Positions 28,062-37,336 of a DNA stretch of 64,000 nucleotides are shown in pieces. The notes beneath the pieces were generated by a model that did not search any database, was not told where the DNA came from, and worked only from the letters and a program-made list of their open reading frames with translations. Positions within the stretch are counted from its first letter, which is position 1, and each line of letters starts with the position of its first letter. Position numbers and translations under genes: made by a program. The DNA comes from Bdellovibrionales bacterium (GTDB lineage Bacteria > Bdellovibrionota > Bdellovibrionia > Bdellovibrionales > UBA1609), in contig JAKUPT010000003.1 in assembly GCA_022450595.1 (NCBI GenBank), forward strand, positions 18,339-82,338. Reading direction: 5' to 3'.

Positions 28062-28900
28062 AACGACTCCATAATTGAGTGATAGAGTCTTATTAGATTG
28101 GATGTAAAAAAGTTAAGAACAATAATCATAACCATACTATAAACAACACCCTTATTTGTAGCATCCCCAACTCCTTTTGCTCCACCTTTTGTGTAAAAAC
28201 CCGTTTTGGTGCAAATAGCTGAAAAAGTCATACCAAATATTCCTGCCTTTATCAGCCCTTCATTAATAGCATCCGTATCCGTCCACATTTGGATTTTGTT
28301 CCAGAAAATCGCACTATCTAAACCTAAAAGGTTCACACACAAAAGCTCAGCACTATAAATAGCAACAGCATCGAACACACCACATAAAAGTGGCATTGTT
28401 AAAATAGCAGCCATGAGCCTTGGAGCGACTAAGTACTGCAAAGGATTGACACCCATCACCTCTAAGGCATCTATTTGCTCACTCACTCTCATTGTTCCAA
28501 GTTGTGCGGCCATAGCACCACCGGCTCGAGCAGCCACAATTAAACCTGTAAGCACTGGGGCCAATTCTTTAAAAATACCTAAGGCCACAGTGGGTCCTAC
28601 TAAGTTAGTGGCATTGACTAAATTAAAGCCGATGTAAATTTGATAAGACAATGCAAGGCCTGTAAAAGCCCCAGTTAATAAAATAATTAATACCGATTGG
28701 TTGCCAACAAACTCCATATGAATAAGTAGGTCTTTGAACCTTGAAGGTTTAGTAAATAATAATTTAATGGATTGAGAAAAAAATAAAACAGTTCTTCCTG
28801 CTTCAAAAAAAAATGAAGAAAGATTTTGAACAATCTGTTCAAAAAAGGAATTGATAGAAGAGTTTAAATGGTGTCTTTTTGATAACCACCAACTGATCAT
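28058..28900 (-). CDS. mlaE: MlaE-like ABC permease
   Basis: Multi-TM MlaE-like protein. I place the start at MISWWL (ATG at 28900), which forms an ATGA overlap with the alr stop. The ORF track extends to 28939. Confidence 0.82.
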   Translation of the reverse strand: MISWWLSKRHHLNSSINSFFEQIVQNLSSFFFEAGRTVLFFSQSIKLLFTKPSRFKDLLIHMEFVGNQSVLIILLTGAFTGLALSYQIYIGFNLVNATNLVGPTVALGIFKELAPVLTGLIVAARAGGAMAAQLGTMRVSEQIDALEVMGVNPLQYLVAPRLMAAILTMPLLCGVFDAVAIYSAELLCVNLLGLDSAIFWNKIQMWTDTDAINEGLIKAGIFGMTFSAICTKTGFYTKGGAKGVGDATNKGVVYSMVMIIVLNFFTSNLIRLYHSIMESL

Positions 28901-30045
28901 GTTTCTCCAATATATGTTCTTTGCAAGCGACCACCCCATCCTGTCATGATTTCGTAGGGAATGGAATGGCTTGCCTTAGCCATCTTCTTTATAGATAAAA
29001 TTTTCAGCTTATCTGGGCTAAAAAACAACACATCGGAACCAATACCCTCCTTTTGACTGAGCTCTGTCAAATCAACCATACAATAGTCCATACATATAGT
29101 GCCCACAAGCGGCACCTCAACATCATTAATCCAAACCGAGTATTTATTCGACAAAGATCTTTTTAATCCATCAGCATAACCTAAAGGAATCACACCAATT
29201 CGAGACTCACGTTCTGCCACCCAGCTCCAGCCGTAAGAAGTGCCCTCATTTTTTTGTAAATGATGAGTACGAATTATTTTAGATCGACACTGGAACACTG
29301 GTTTTAAATTTTCCTCTGCAAACTGAGTCAGTTTTGAATTTATAAAATCAGGAGCCACTCCATAAAGCGAGAGTCCCACTCGAGCGCCAACTTTTAGTGG
29401 GGACTGTTTCTGTGATTCGCCAATCAATCCTGCAGAATTGAAAAGATGAAAAAAAATGTTTTTATTATAGGAAGACCATAGCTTTTTGATAGTCCCAAAA
29501 TTTTCAATAGCTCTATCATAATTATTAGAATTTTCTGATAATGCATATTCAGCATGAGACATATGAGAGCAAACAGACTCTAGGTTTAGCTTTGGAGAGT
29601 TTTTGAGTATTTCAATAATAGCTTCTGTGTCTGATGGTTTTAGAGAGCTTAACCTATTAATGCCTAAGTTGTATTTTATATGAAAAGGTAGAGACCAATT
29701 ATATTTTTTTAAAAACTTTAACTCCTCAAAGCAAGAAACAACTGGTGTGAGGTTGTACTTTTCGTAAAGTGCTAAATCACCGGACTTAAAATTACTAAAT
29801 ACTAATATTTGAAAATCACCTGCAACATGATTTCGAAGAGAGATTCCCTCTTTGATCAAAGCCACACCAAAACTATGACACTGTTCTTTTTGGTAAAGAC
29901 ACTTTACAACGGCATTAGCTCCCATACCATAGGCATCAGCTTTCACCATAGGACAATAAAAAGCATCTTTGTATAACAATGATTTTAAAAATTGATAGTT
30001 ATGCCTTAAGGCATTTAGATCAACAACGAGTTCAGATTCTCTCAT
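28897..30045 (-). CDS. alr: Alanine racemase
   Basis: PLP-lysine block PMVKADAYGMG, with typical length and C-terminal domain. Confidence 0.88.
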   Translation of the reverse strand: MRESELVVDLNALRHNYQFLKSLLYKDAFYCPMVKADAYGMGANAVVKCLYQKEQCHSFGVALIKEGISLRNHVAGDFQILVFSNFKSGDLALYEKYNLTPVVSCFEELKFLKKYNWSLPFHIKYNLGINRLSSLKPSDTEAIIEILKNSPKLNLESVCSHMSHAEYALSENSNNYDRAIENFGTIKKLWSSYNKNIFFHLFNSAGLIGESQKQSPLKVGARVGLSLYGVAPDFINSKLTQFAEENLKPVFQCRSKIIRTHHLQKNEGTSYGWSWVAERESRIGVIPLGYADGLKRSLSNKYSVWINDVEVPLVGTICMDYCMVDLTELSQKEGIGSDVLFFSPDKLKILSIKKMAKASHSIPYEIMTGWGGRLQRTYIGET

Positions 30046-30047
30046 AT

Positions 30048-31091
30048 TTAGCTTTCGTGTATAAAGTCGGGTATATGATTATTACCGGCGGTAGCCAAGC
30101 ATACTTTATTCCCTGTGGATTTATAAATATCATATAAAGCGCTATCAGCACTATCAAATAGCTCATTCACATCGCTACAAAGACTTGGGTACTCACTCAC
30201 TCCAACACTTACGGTTACCAAATTCAAATTTTTAATAGATTGTGAAAAATCTAAATTTTCAATAATTTGACGAAGCCTTTCTGCTTTTATACATGCACCC
30301 TTTTTGGAAGTGTGTGGTAAAATAAGCGACAGCTCATATTCACCCACGCGACCCACCACATCTGTTTTTCTAGAGTTGTCCATAACAGATTTTGCTAAGA
30401 GTTTCATAAAAAGTTTTTTATCGTAATCATCCTTGTCTTTAAAAAGCTCGTCGGACTGATCCACTTTAAGAATAAGCAAAGACATCGGAAGCTTTAATCT
30501 ACGGCTTCTGGAAATCTCTTCGCTCATTCTTTGAACAAAGTACTGCCGATTTAAAACATCAATATCATCATCAAATATATTTACTTCATAGAGTCGTTTT
30601 TTTAACAAGTGGTTTTCAACGGCTAAATTTAAAATCGACCAGTAGAGTTTAAACTCTGGTTCTTGATCAGGAGGGACACCAATAAAACAAAATATACCAA
30701 CAACTTGGTTGCCTTGAATCAAAGGAATAAATTGATAATTTTCAACTTTAAAAACTTTTTGAATAAGGGCGTTTAATGATGCAATGTTTTCCGGTGTTTT
30801 TAAGCTAGAAGCAGAAAAAAACTCCCCCTCTTCTGCCTTTAAATCGATACCTAAATGAATATTTTTTTTAACATCTAAACCTATAGATTGAGATAAAATC
30901 AAAGTTTTATGTGGAGCTAAATATTTAAAATAAGCTACCCCCAGAACGCCCTCTAAATGACCATTCCAGTTTAAATAGTGTTCAACAATAGATTCTAGGC
31001 TTGTTGAACTAGAGATTTCACCTATTCTTTTTTGTAATAGATTTTGATCCATTTGCTTACTACTAAGATTTACCTTTCTTAGCCTCCTCAA
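30048..31091 (-). CDS. GAF-like N-domain + degenerate GGDEF domain protein (A-site GEYEL, I-site RKTD intact)
   Basis: The GGDEF-fold blocks LNRQYF, LLILKVD, RKTDVVGRVGEYELSLILP, VSVGVSEY and ADSALYDIYKSTGNKV are all present. The catalytic GG(D/E)EF is replaced by GEYEL. Confidence 0.8.
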   Translation of the reverse strand: MRRLRKVNLSSKQMDQNLLQKRIGEISSSTSLESIVEHYLNWNGHLEGVLGVAYFKYLAPHKTLILSQSIGLDVKKNIHLGIDLKAEEGEFFSASSLKTPENIASLNALIQKVFKVENYQFIPLIQGNQVVGIFCFIGVPPDQEPEFKLYWSILNLAVENHLLKKRLYEVNIFDDDIDVLNRQYFVQRMSEEISRSRRLKLPMSLLILKVDQSDELFKDKDDYDKKLFMKLLAKSVMDNSRKTDVVGRVGEYELSLILPHTSKKGACIKAERLRQIIENLDFSQSIKNLNLVTVSVGVSEYPSLCSDVNELFDSADSALYDIYKSTGNKVCLATAGNNHIPDFIHES

Positions 31092-33156
31092 TTTGCTTTC
31101 TTATTTCTTGCATCTCTTCATCAGAAAAAAGTGGAGCCTGCCCAATCTCAGTTCCACTCACAAAACTGTCATGCTCACCTGGCTGCTGAGCTTTGATTGG
31201 CTGTTTATTGGTTTGTGTGGGTATAACTTTAAAGCTATCTAGATCAATATCCTCTTCAGTGATCTCATAAATATCAGTTTTAGCGCTCTCTGGCTCTGGA
31301 GCTTTAGGGGGCTTAGGCTCATTCGATGGCTCTGCCTTATGACTTGCCTCCATAACTGAGGTCTCAACATTTTGCAGTTTTTCAGCCAAGGCAAAGTTTG
31401 CAACTTTGTGATTAGGTATTAACAGTTTTAATTCTGTAATCTCAGCTTGCATATTAATGTTAAAACCCAAATTCATACGCATTAAAGACTGACCGATAAG
31501 CTTCCATGTAGGGTTGTTCATATTTGAAAAATCTGACTCATTAATGCTTTGAATATCTACAGGGTTCAAACTGCAACCCGAGAGTTTAAAAACTAGAGCT
31601 GGCTGATCGCCTTCCACCAAAAAATTAATCTGAATTTTTTTATTCGTGGAAAGTTCAACCCAATCATATAATTCTAGTAAAATTTGACTTAAAACAGCCA
31701 TCCATCTGGACTTCACATCTGTGAGGCTTAATCTCTCTGAAATATGTGGTTCAAGCTGAACCCCTAAACGATCAATAAGATCTTTTTGAGTTTGTATACA
31801 CTCAGAAAGCACTTCAGAAAGAAAAAACTCAGAGCTTGTACTTTCTGAATTCACTGACATGTCTACACGCTCTTTTAATGACCTTAAAGTTTGTTCTACT
31901 TGTAAAAACTCTTCAGTTTGAGCAAAGGCTTTATTTTTTTGCTTTAAAACCTGTAAAGAGCCAAGACTGAGCATAATAGGACGCTTAAGACTTTGCAGTA
32001 AATTTTGATCTTGAACACTAGATGTTTCTTTTAAGTTTTTTAGTTCTTGTTGCAGCCCATAGTTTTCAGTTTGTAAATCTTGGTGTTGCTCTTGAATCCA
32101 ATGCTTTAGTTGCTTTACATCCGGCTCTAAAACACCAAGCTGAGAGAATTCTTTTGCCTCAGCTTGTAGGTTTTTATTCGCGTTCCATTTTTTAAACAAC
32201 TTTTTAACATCAGTAACCCATTTTTCAGACTGATTTTGAAAAAATATAAAAAAGGCAACAACTGCTAAAACCACCAAAGCCCAAATAAATATATGTAAAG
32301 ATAAAGTTTTATTTGAAAACACCAAAGGTGTTGGCGCAGGAACACCGTAGTATAAAAATAAATTTGTATTAGCTAAAGGCCTCTTAGTGCCTATATAAGC
32401 CATCCCCTCAGTGTTGGTAAACTCTTGTAATGTAGCACTTGCATTCTCTAACTCTTTATATTGCGGTAAACTTTCACCGAGATAATTAAGATCAGAATGA
32501 TAGAGAGTTTGATTATAATTATCTACAACGTAAACCTCGTTTGATGTGTCTTGTATTGATGAAGACATTTCAGCAAGTATAGCTTCTGGCAAAAACCCCA
32601 CTAAAATAGCAGGCTTTGCCTGATTATCATCACCTTTTTCAGGCAACTCAGTTGTTGGAATTTTTACTTTTTGTATTAAGGCCCAAGAAAAGCCCGAGTC
32701 TTTATTGGGAACTTTGTACCAAAAACTACTCACATCATCGAGCCTAGAGTATGGAAGCTGTCCCCAAACTTGAGTTAAAAAAATCTTAGACCATTTATCA
32801 TGAATTTCAGAATTCAAAGACACCCACATTGGTGTCCAGGTTGGGTCTGGTGTTAATAAAGCCATACCTAAAAAAGGACTATCAATAAGTTGACTGCTCA
32901 TAGCCTTTTCATCGCCTTGAGGCTTAGTCATTCTTTCGTAGCCTTCTGTTTGCCCAATTTCAATAAATTGTTTTTGTAGATTAGCCAGATTGTAGTTGAT
33001 TTTGTCTGCCGCAAGCTCAGCTTGAATAGACAGCTCCGACTTTAGCATATCTTGTGATTGAGAAATAAATAGCTCTTTAAGTTGTAAGTGATAGCTAATG
33101 GCAACAATCGATATGGCTACAACGGATATGGCGATAGAAACGTACTTTGCTCTCAT
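31063..33156 (-). CDS. Membrane sensor-like protein: periplasmic (Cache-like) domain, second TM, coiled coil, degenerate HisKA/HATPase-like C-terminus
   Basis: Two TM helices bracket about 260 aa. An H-box-like segment LLQSLKRPIMLSLGSL has Gln/Ser where SHELRTPL carries His. No N/G1/G2 boxes are recognisable. Its 3' end overlaps the GGDEF-like gene by 29 nt. Confidence 0.7.
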   Translation of the reverse strand: MRAKYVSIAISVVAISIVAISYHLQLKELFISQSQDMLKSELSIQAELAADKINYNLANLQKQFIEIGQTEGYERMTKPQGDEKAMSSQLIDSPFLGMALLTPDPTWTPMWVSLNSEIHDKWSKIFLTQVWGQLPYSRLDDVSSFWYKVPNKDSGFSWALIQKVKIPTTELPEKGDDNQAKPAILVGFLPEAILAEMSSSIQDTSNEVYVVDNYNQTLYHSDLNYLGESLPQYKELENASATLQEFTNTEGMAYIGTKRPLANTNLFLYYGVPAPTPLVFSNKTLSLHIFIWALVVLAVVAFFIFFQNQSEKWVTDVKKLFKKWNANKNLQAEAKEFSQLGVLEPDVKQLKHWIQEQHQDLQTENYGLQQELKNLKETSSVQDQNLLQSLKRPIMLSLGSLQVLKQKNKAFAQTEEFLQVEQTLRSLKERVDMSVNSESTSSEFFLSEVLSECIQTQKDLIDRLGVQLEPHISERLSLTDVKSRWMAVLSQILLELYDWVELSTNKKIQINFLVEGDQPALVFKLSGCSLNPVDIQSINESDFSNMNNPTWKLIGQSLMRMNLGFNINMQAEITELKLLIPNHKVANFALAEKLQNVETSVMEASHKAEPSNEPKPPKAPEPESAKTDIYEITEEDIDLDSFKVIPTQTNKQPIKAQQPGEHDSFVSGTEIGQAPLFSDEEMQEIRKQIEEAKKGKS

Positions 33157-33343
33157 GTAGGACCCTACTTTATAGTATTTGCAGTGATTTTAGGTTTTTA
33201 GAGGGTTTATGGCAACCGTTGGCTGGTCCGTGGCCTGATACGTCACGACCAGATTCTGAAACAAATACCATTAGACTTCATATTTCAAAAAAATTGCTTG
33301 ATTAGTTCTTATGTCTGTCTAAATTGTGTGCATAGGATAGGTT

Positions 33344-34963
33344 ATGACAACAAAAAATTACCAATATGACTTCTTAATTATCGGCTCGGGCTTGGCCGGT
33401 TTAAGTCTCGCGCTGAAAGTAGCTGAACTGGGGCGAGTCTGTATAGTCACCAAAGATCAAATTAGCGCTACAAATAGTGCTATGGCTCAAGGCGGAATTG
33501 CCGCTGTCATGTCTGATGAAGATGACTTTGAAAAGCATGTGGATGACACCCTCACAGCGGGTGCTGGGCTTTGCCATAAAGATGTGGTGGAGCAAGTGGT
33601 TTCCCAAGGGCCAGAACGAATTAAAGATCTGGTTGAGTGGGGAATTAAATTTGATATTTCAGATAAAACCGGTCAGCAGTTTTCACTCACTCGTGAGGGA
33701 GGACATTCTCAAAGGCGAATATTACATATAGGCGACCACACTGGCCGCGATATGCACCAAGCTATTTTAAATCGAGTGCTTGAAAACAAAAATATTGATT
33801 TTATGGATGGTCACTTAGCCATTGATCTGGTGACCTCAAGACAAGTGGCTCCTTACAGTTTTTCTCCTTACAAAGTGGTTGGTGCCTATTTACTAGAAAA
33901 AAACACTGGGAAAATCTGTGCTATTAAAGCCAAGTCTACCATTTTGGCCTCTGGCGGAGCTGGTAAGGTGTATCTTTATACCTCAAACTGGGAAGGCGCT
34001 ACCGGTGACGGAATTGCTATGGCTTTTCGCGCCGGAGCCCGTGTAGCTAACCTTGAGTTTATGCAATTTCACCCGACCTGCCTATATCACCCACACACTC
34101 GAAACTTTTTAATTACAGAAGCCATTCGTGGTGAAGGTGGAGAACTTATTAATCATAAAGGCGAAGCTTTTATGAAAAAGTACCACAAACTGGGCAGTCT
34201 TGCGCCAAGGGATATTGTGGCCAGGTCTATTGATGCAGAGATGAAAAAACACGGTATAGACTGTGTGTACTTAGATATTAGCCAAAAAGATTCTGATTTC
34301 TTGAAATCGCGCTTTCCAAATATTTACAAAAAATGTTTAGAATTTAATATTGATATCACCCAACAGCCTATACCGGTTGTTCCTGCCGCTCACTACATGT
34401 GTGGAGGAGTGATGACAGATATGAATGGCAGAACCGATGTGGAGGGCCTCTTTGCTGTGGGAGAAACGGCTTGTACTGGCTTGCATGGTGCCAACCGCTT
34501 AGCTTCAAACTCATTGTTGGAATGTCTTGTGTTTTCCCACAATGCGGCTGAGTGGATAAAAAAACACTATCAAGACATGAAGTTTGTGGATGGGTCTATC
34601 CCTGAATGGCACTTGCACAAAAAAAATATTGCCGATGAATTGATTGTTGTGTCTCATATGTGGGACGAGATACGAAGACTTATGTGGAACTATGTGGGAA
34701 TTGTTCGCTCAAACAGACGCCTGGAAAGAGCCCACCACCGGATTGAAATCATCAAAAAAGAAATTGTAGATTATTACTCTAACTTTAAAACCCATGCAGA
34801 CATTGTGGAGTTAAGAAATATTGCACTGATTGCTGATCTTACCATTAAGTGTGCCTTAAAGCGCAAAGAGTCTAGAGGGATTCATTATAATATTGATTTT
34901 CCATCTCCCAACCCATCAACGGCTGAAGATAGCATCATCACTTTAGAAAGTTCCATGCGATAA
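33344..34963 (+). CDS. nadB: L-aspartate oxidase
   Basis: FAD-binding DFLIIGSGLAGLS, with NadB/succinate-dehydrogenase-flavoprotein-like blocks (HPTC, RGEGG, GLHGANRLASNSLLE). Confidence 0.93.
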   Translation: MTTKNYQYDFLIIGSGLAGLSLALKVAELGRVCIVTKDQISATNSAMAQGGIAAVMSDEDDFEKHVDDTLTAGAGLCHKDVVEQVVSQGPERIKDLVEWGIKFDISDKTGQQFSLTREGGHSQRRILHIGDHTGRDMHQAILNRVLENKNIDFMDGHLAIDLVTSRQVAPYSFSPYKVVGAYLLEKNTGKICAIKAKSTILASGGAGKVYLYTSNWEGATGDGIAMAFRAGARVANLEFMQFHPTCLYHPHTRNFLITEAIRGEGGELINHKGEAFMKKYHKLGSLAPRDIVARSIDAEMKKHGIDCVYLDISQKDSDFLKSRFPNIYKKCLEFNIDITQQPIPVVPAAHYMCGGVMTDMNGRTDVEGLFAVGETACTGLHGANRLASNSLLECLVFSHNAAEWIKKHYQDMKFVDGSIPEWHLHKKNIADELIVVSHMWDEIRRLMWNYVGIVRSNRRLERAHHRIEIIKKEIVDYYSNFKTHADIVELRNIALIADLTIKCALKRKESRGIHYNIDFPSPNPSTAEDSIITLESSMR

Positions 34964-34964
34964 A

Positions 34965-35453
34965 TTAAAAGTGAAACTGTAGCCCTCCGGCTATATATAA
35001 AGATGTGGCAGGTTTGATATTAAACTTCATATCTAAACGAAGTTGTACATACTTTCCAAGATCCGCCAAAAGACCACCTCCGACATGATTGCCTCCAACA
35101 AAGTGGCTCTCTCCATCCGTCCCGGTATACTTTGTGCCATCAAAGCCCAGGTAAACTGTGCCTGTCAGATCTTGAATATCCATATTGGTCCTAAAACTTA
35201 AATAAAAATTATTCCAAGTGACACCCTCTTCATCACCTGAAGCATTGCCGGCCTCAAGTATAAAATTTGTACCAAAGTCATAACCAATTCTTGCTCCCCA
35301 TAAAGGCAATATCTCTGAAGCGCCATCTACTTTATTGGGTAATAATCTTCCAATTTGAGCACCAATTTGCCATCCAGACTCACCACTATTGTTTTGTTGT
35401 GCCCATATACTGGACGTAGATAAGATAAAAATTAAAAATACAATAAATCGCAT
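34965..35453 (-). CDS. Small outer-membrane beta-barrel protein
   Basis: Signal peptide, alternating strand pattern, and C-terminal GGLQFHF. Confidence 0.75.
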   Translation of the reverse strand: MRFIVFLIFILSTSSIWAQQNNSGESGWQIGAQIGRLLPNKVDGASEILPLWGARIGYDFGTNFILEAGNASGDEEGVTWNNFYLSFRTNMDIQDLTGTVYLGFDGTKYTGTDGESHFVGGNHVGGGLLADLGKYVQLRLDMKFNIKPATSLYIAGGLQFHF

Positions 35454-35513
35454 GGTAGTCCTCTACTATTAGTCATTGCCCAGCTACATATAATAGCATA
35501 ATATAAATTGCAT

Positions 35514-36350
35514 ATGAGTCAAAGATTTGAAAGCCATATTAATGGTTATGATGGTACAGAATTATTCTATCAAGGTTGGTTTGTGGATGAGCCCCACGGG
35601 TTAATAATTGTCACCCACGGATTAGGTGAGCACTCTGAAAGCTACAACAACTTTGCACACGAACTCAATTCAAAGGGTTGGAACGTTATTGGCTGGGACT
35701 TAAGAGGCCATGGACGCAGTGAAGGACAACGAGGTTACGTGGACTCCTTCAATGAGTTTGAAAAAGACTTAAAAAGTCTTACTGACCACATTAAAACTAA
35801 GTATTCACATAAAAACCTAGTGCTTTTTGGTCACTCCATGGGGGGACTCATAAGTTTAAAATACCTCGTGGCCTTTGGTTCACAAGGATTTAAAGCTGTT
35901 GTTTTAAGTTCACCAGCTCTAGGGGTGAATGTAAAAGTCAGTGAATTAAAATCTAAAATGGCGGACTTTGCAAACGACTGGCTACCAAGAGTGACCATGG
36001 GTAACGAAATCAATGATACAGACTTACACAGAGACCCCGAGCTTCTGGCCTTTTACCCAAAAGACCCTTTAAGACATAATAAAATATCACCTAGACTTTA
36101 TAAGGGCATGTTGCAGGCTTTTGATCAAATCCCCCAGTATGCTAAAGAGATTCAAATTCCAATTCTTATCCAGGCCTCAGGTCTAGATTCAATTGTAAAC
36201 ACTGATGCTGCAAAAAGTTTTTATGAGTCTTTAACAGTTTCAAATAAAAAAATAATCATTTATCCGAACTCTCTGCATGAGATATTTAATGATTTAGAAA
36301 AACAAACCTGTTTTGATGATTTAGTGAGTTTTTTAAACCAGATTAAGTAA
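35514..36350 (+). CDS. Alpha/beta hydrolase (lysophospholipase / monoacylglycerol-lipase-like)
   Basis: HGLGEHS oxyanion block and nucleophile elbow GHSMGG. The ATG at 35514 is preferred over the TTG at 35508. Confidence 0.85.
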   Translation: MSQRFESHINGYDGTELFYQGWFVDEPHGLIIVTHGLGEHSESYNNFAHELNSKGWNVIGWDLRGHGRSEGQRGYVDSFNEFEKDLKSLTDHIKTKYSHKNLVLFGHSMGGLISLKYLVAFGSQGFKAVVLSSPALGVNVKVSELKSKMADFANDWLPRVTMGNEINDTDLHRDPELLAFYPKDPLRHNKISPRLYKGMLQAFDQIPQYAKEIQIPILIQASGLDSIVNTDAAKSFYESLTVSNKKIIIYPNSLHEIFNDLEKQTCFDDLVSFLNQIK

Positions 36351-36359
36351 GGATATATA

Positions 36360-36962
36360 ATGCACTTAAAACTTGTAATGGCTTTATTTTTTGTATTGTC
36401 CTCTGTTGCCTGTACAAGTATGAAAAAAAACAGTCTTGGCTTTAAACCAAAGCTAAGTCCTTCAGAATATTCGCATCTTATTAAAAACAATACTTTTAAC
36501 AAAAAAGAATACAAAGGCTTTTATAATCAATTTGATGTTTCTGTGACCTTTTTGACCACCGAAGTTTACAGCGCTAATCTTGAGCGTATGCGCTATTACC
36601 ATCAATGGGATGAAATCAAATATCAGCAAAAGCGTGAAGAAATGTTTCAAACGCTTTCAAACACATCAAAGGTGTTTTTAAGTTTCTACACTCCTGAACC
36701 CGACTTACGTAACCCTCAGCGCCCAAACTCTTTATGGGAAGTTTATCTTGAGGTTGATGGACAAAGGTATGAGGGAGAAATAAAATCACACAATGAAGCT
36801 CATTATCTATTGCAAGAACTTTACCCGCATCATACTCGCTGGAGCAATGGCTATATGATGACATTTAACATACCTATGTCTGTAGTTGAGTCCCAGAATT
36901 CTAAACTCGTCTTGACCTCACCTGCCGGAAAGGCGATATTTAATAAAAGCCCAAACAAATGA
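36360..36962 (+). CDS. Probable lipoprotein, function unknown
   Basis: Signal peptide ending SSVAC; 200 aa. Confidence 0.65.
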   Translation: MHLKLVMALFFVLSSVACTSMKKNSLGFKPKLSPSEYSHLIKNNTFNKKEYKGFYNQFDVSVTFLTTEVYSANLERMRYYHQWDEIKYQQKREEMFQTLSNTSKVFLSFYTPEPDLRNPQRPNSLWEVYLEVDGQRYEGEIKSHNEAHYLLQELYPHHTRWSNGYMMTFNIPMSVVESQNSKLVLTSPAGKAIFNKSPNK

Positions 36963-36994
36963 TGTTGTGCCAATGAGAAAATGCTGGAGCTGAC

Positions 36995-37336
36995 GTGAGC
37001 CAATATGTGAATACTAGAAAACACCCTAGGTTTAACCTGGATCATCAAATTTTAATTATAAAGCCTTATACAGAAACAAGTCCTGTAGAGGCAAAAACTT
37101 TTAATATCAGCTTAGGTGGCGTGGGTGTTGAGCTCGAATCATCAGTTTCTTTCATTAAAGGCGAAACTGTTCATATACAATGCTTAGGCACCCAAAGCGT
37201 TAAAGGGCTTTCTTTAATGGCGTCAGTTGCGAGACAAGAAAACAACATTGTTGGCCTTGAGTTTATTGAAAACACCCCCGAACAAACTCAAGCTTTAAAA
37301 GAATTTATTCTGATGCGCTCTGATCTAACAAGCTAA
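36995..37336 (+). CDS. Stand-alone PilZ-domain protein
   Basis: RKHPR (RxxxR) at the N-terminus and NISLGGVG ((D/N)xSxxG) about 30 aa later; 113 aa. Confidence 0.85.
   Translation: MSQYVNTRKHPRFNLDHQILIIKPYTETSPVEAKTFNISLGGVGVELESSVSFIKGETVHIQCLGTQSVKGLSLMASVARQENNIVGLEFIENTPEQTQALKEFILMRSDLTS

Noticed and set aside
33205-33260. GC-rich patch upstream of nadB (GGCTGGTCCGTGGCCTGATACGTCACGACCAG) sharing GGTCCGT with the core and forming a 6-bp stem.
   Set aside because: Only a 7-nt match to the core and no flanking long palindrome. That is too little to call a fourth copy. It is kept only as a pointer for the k-mer test.
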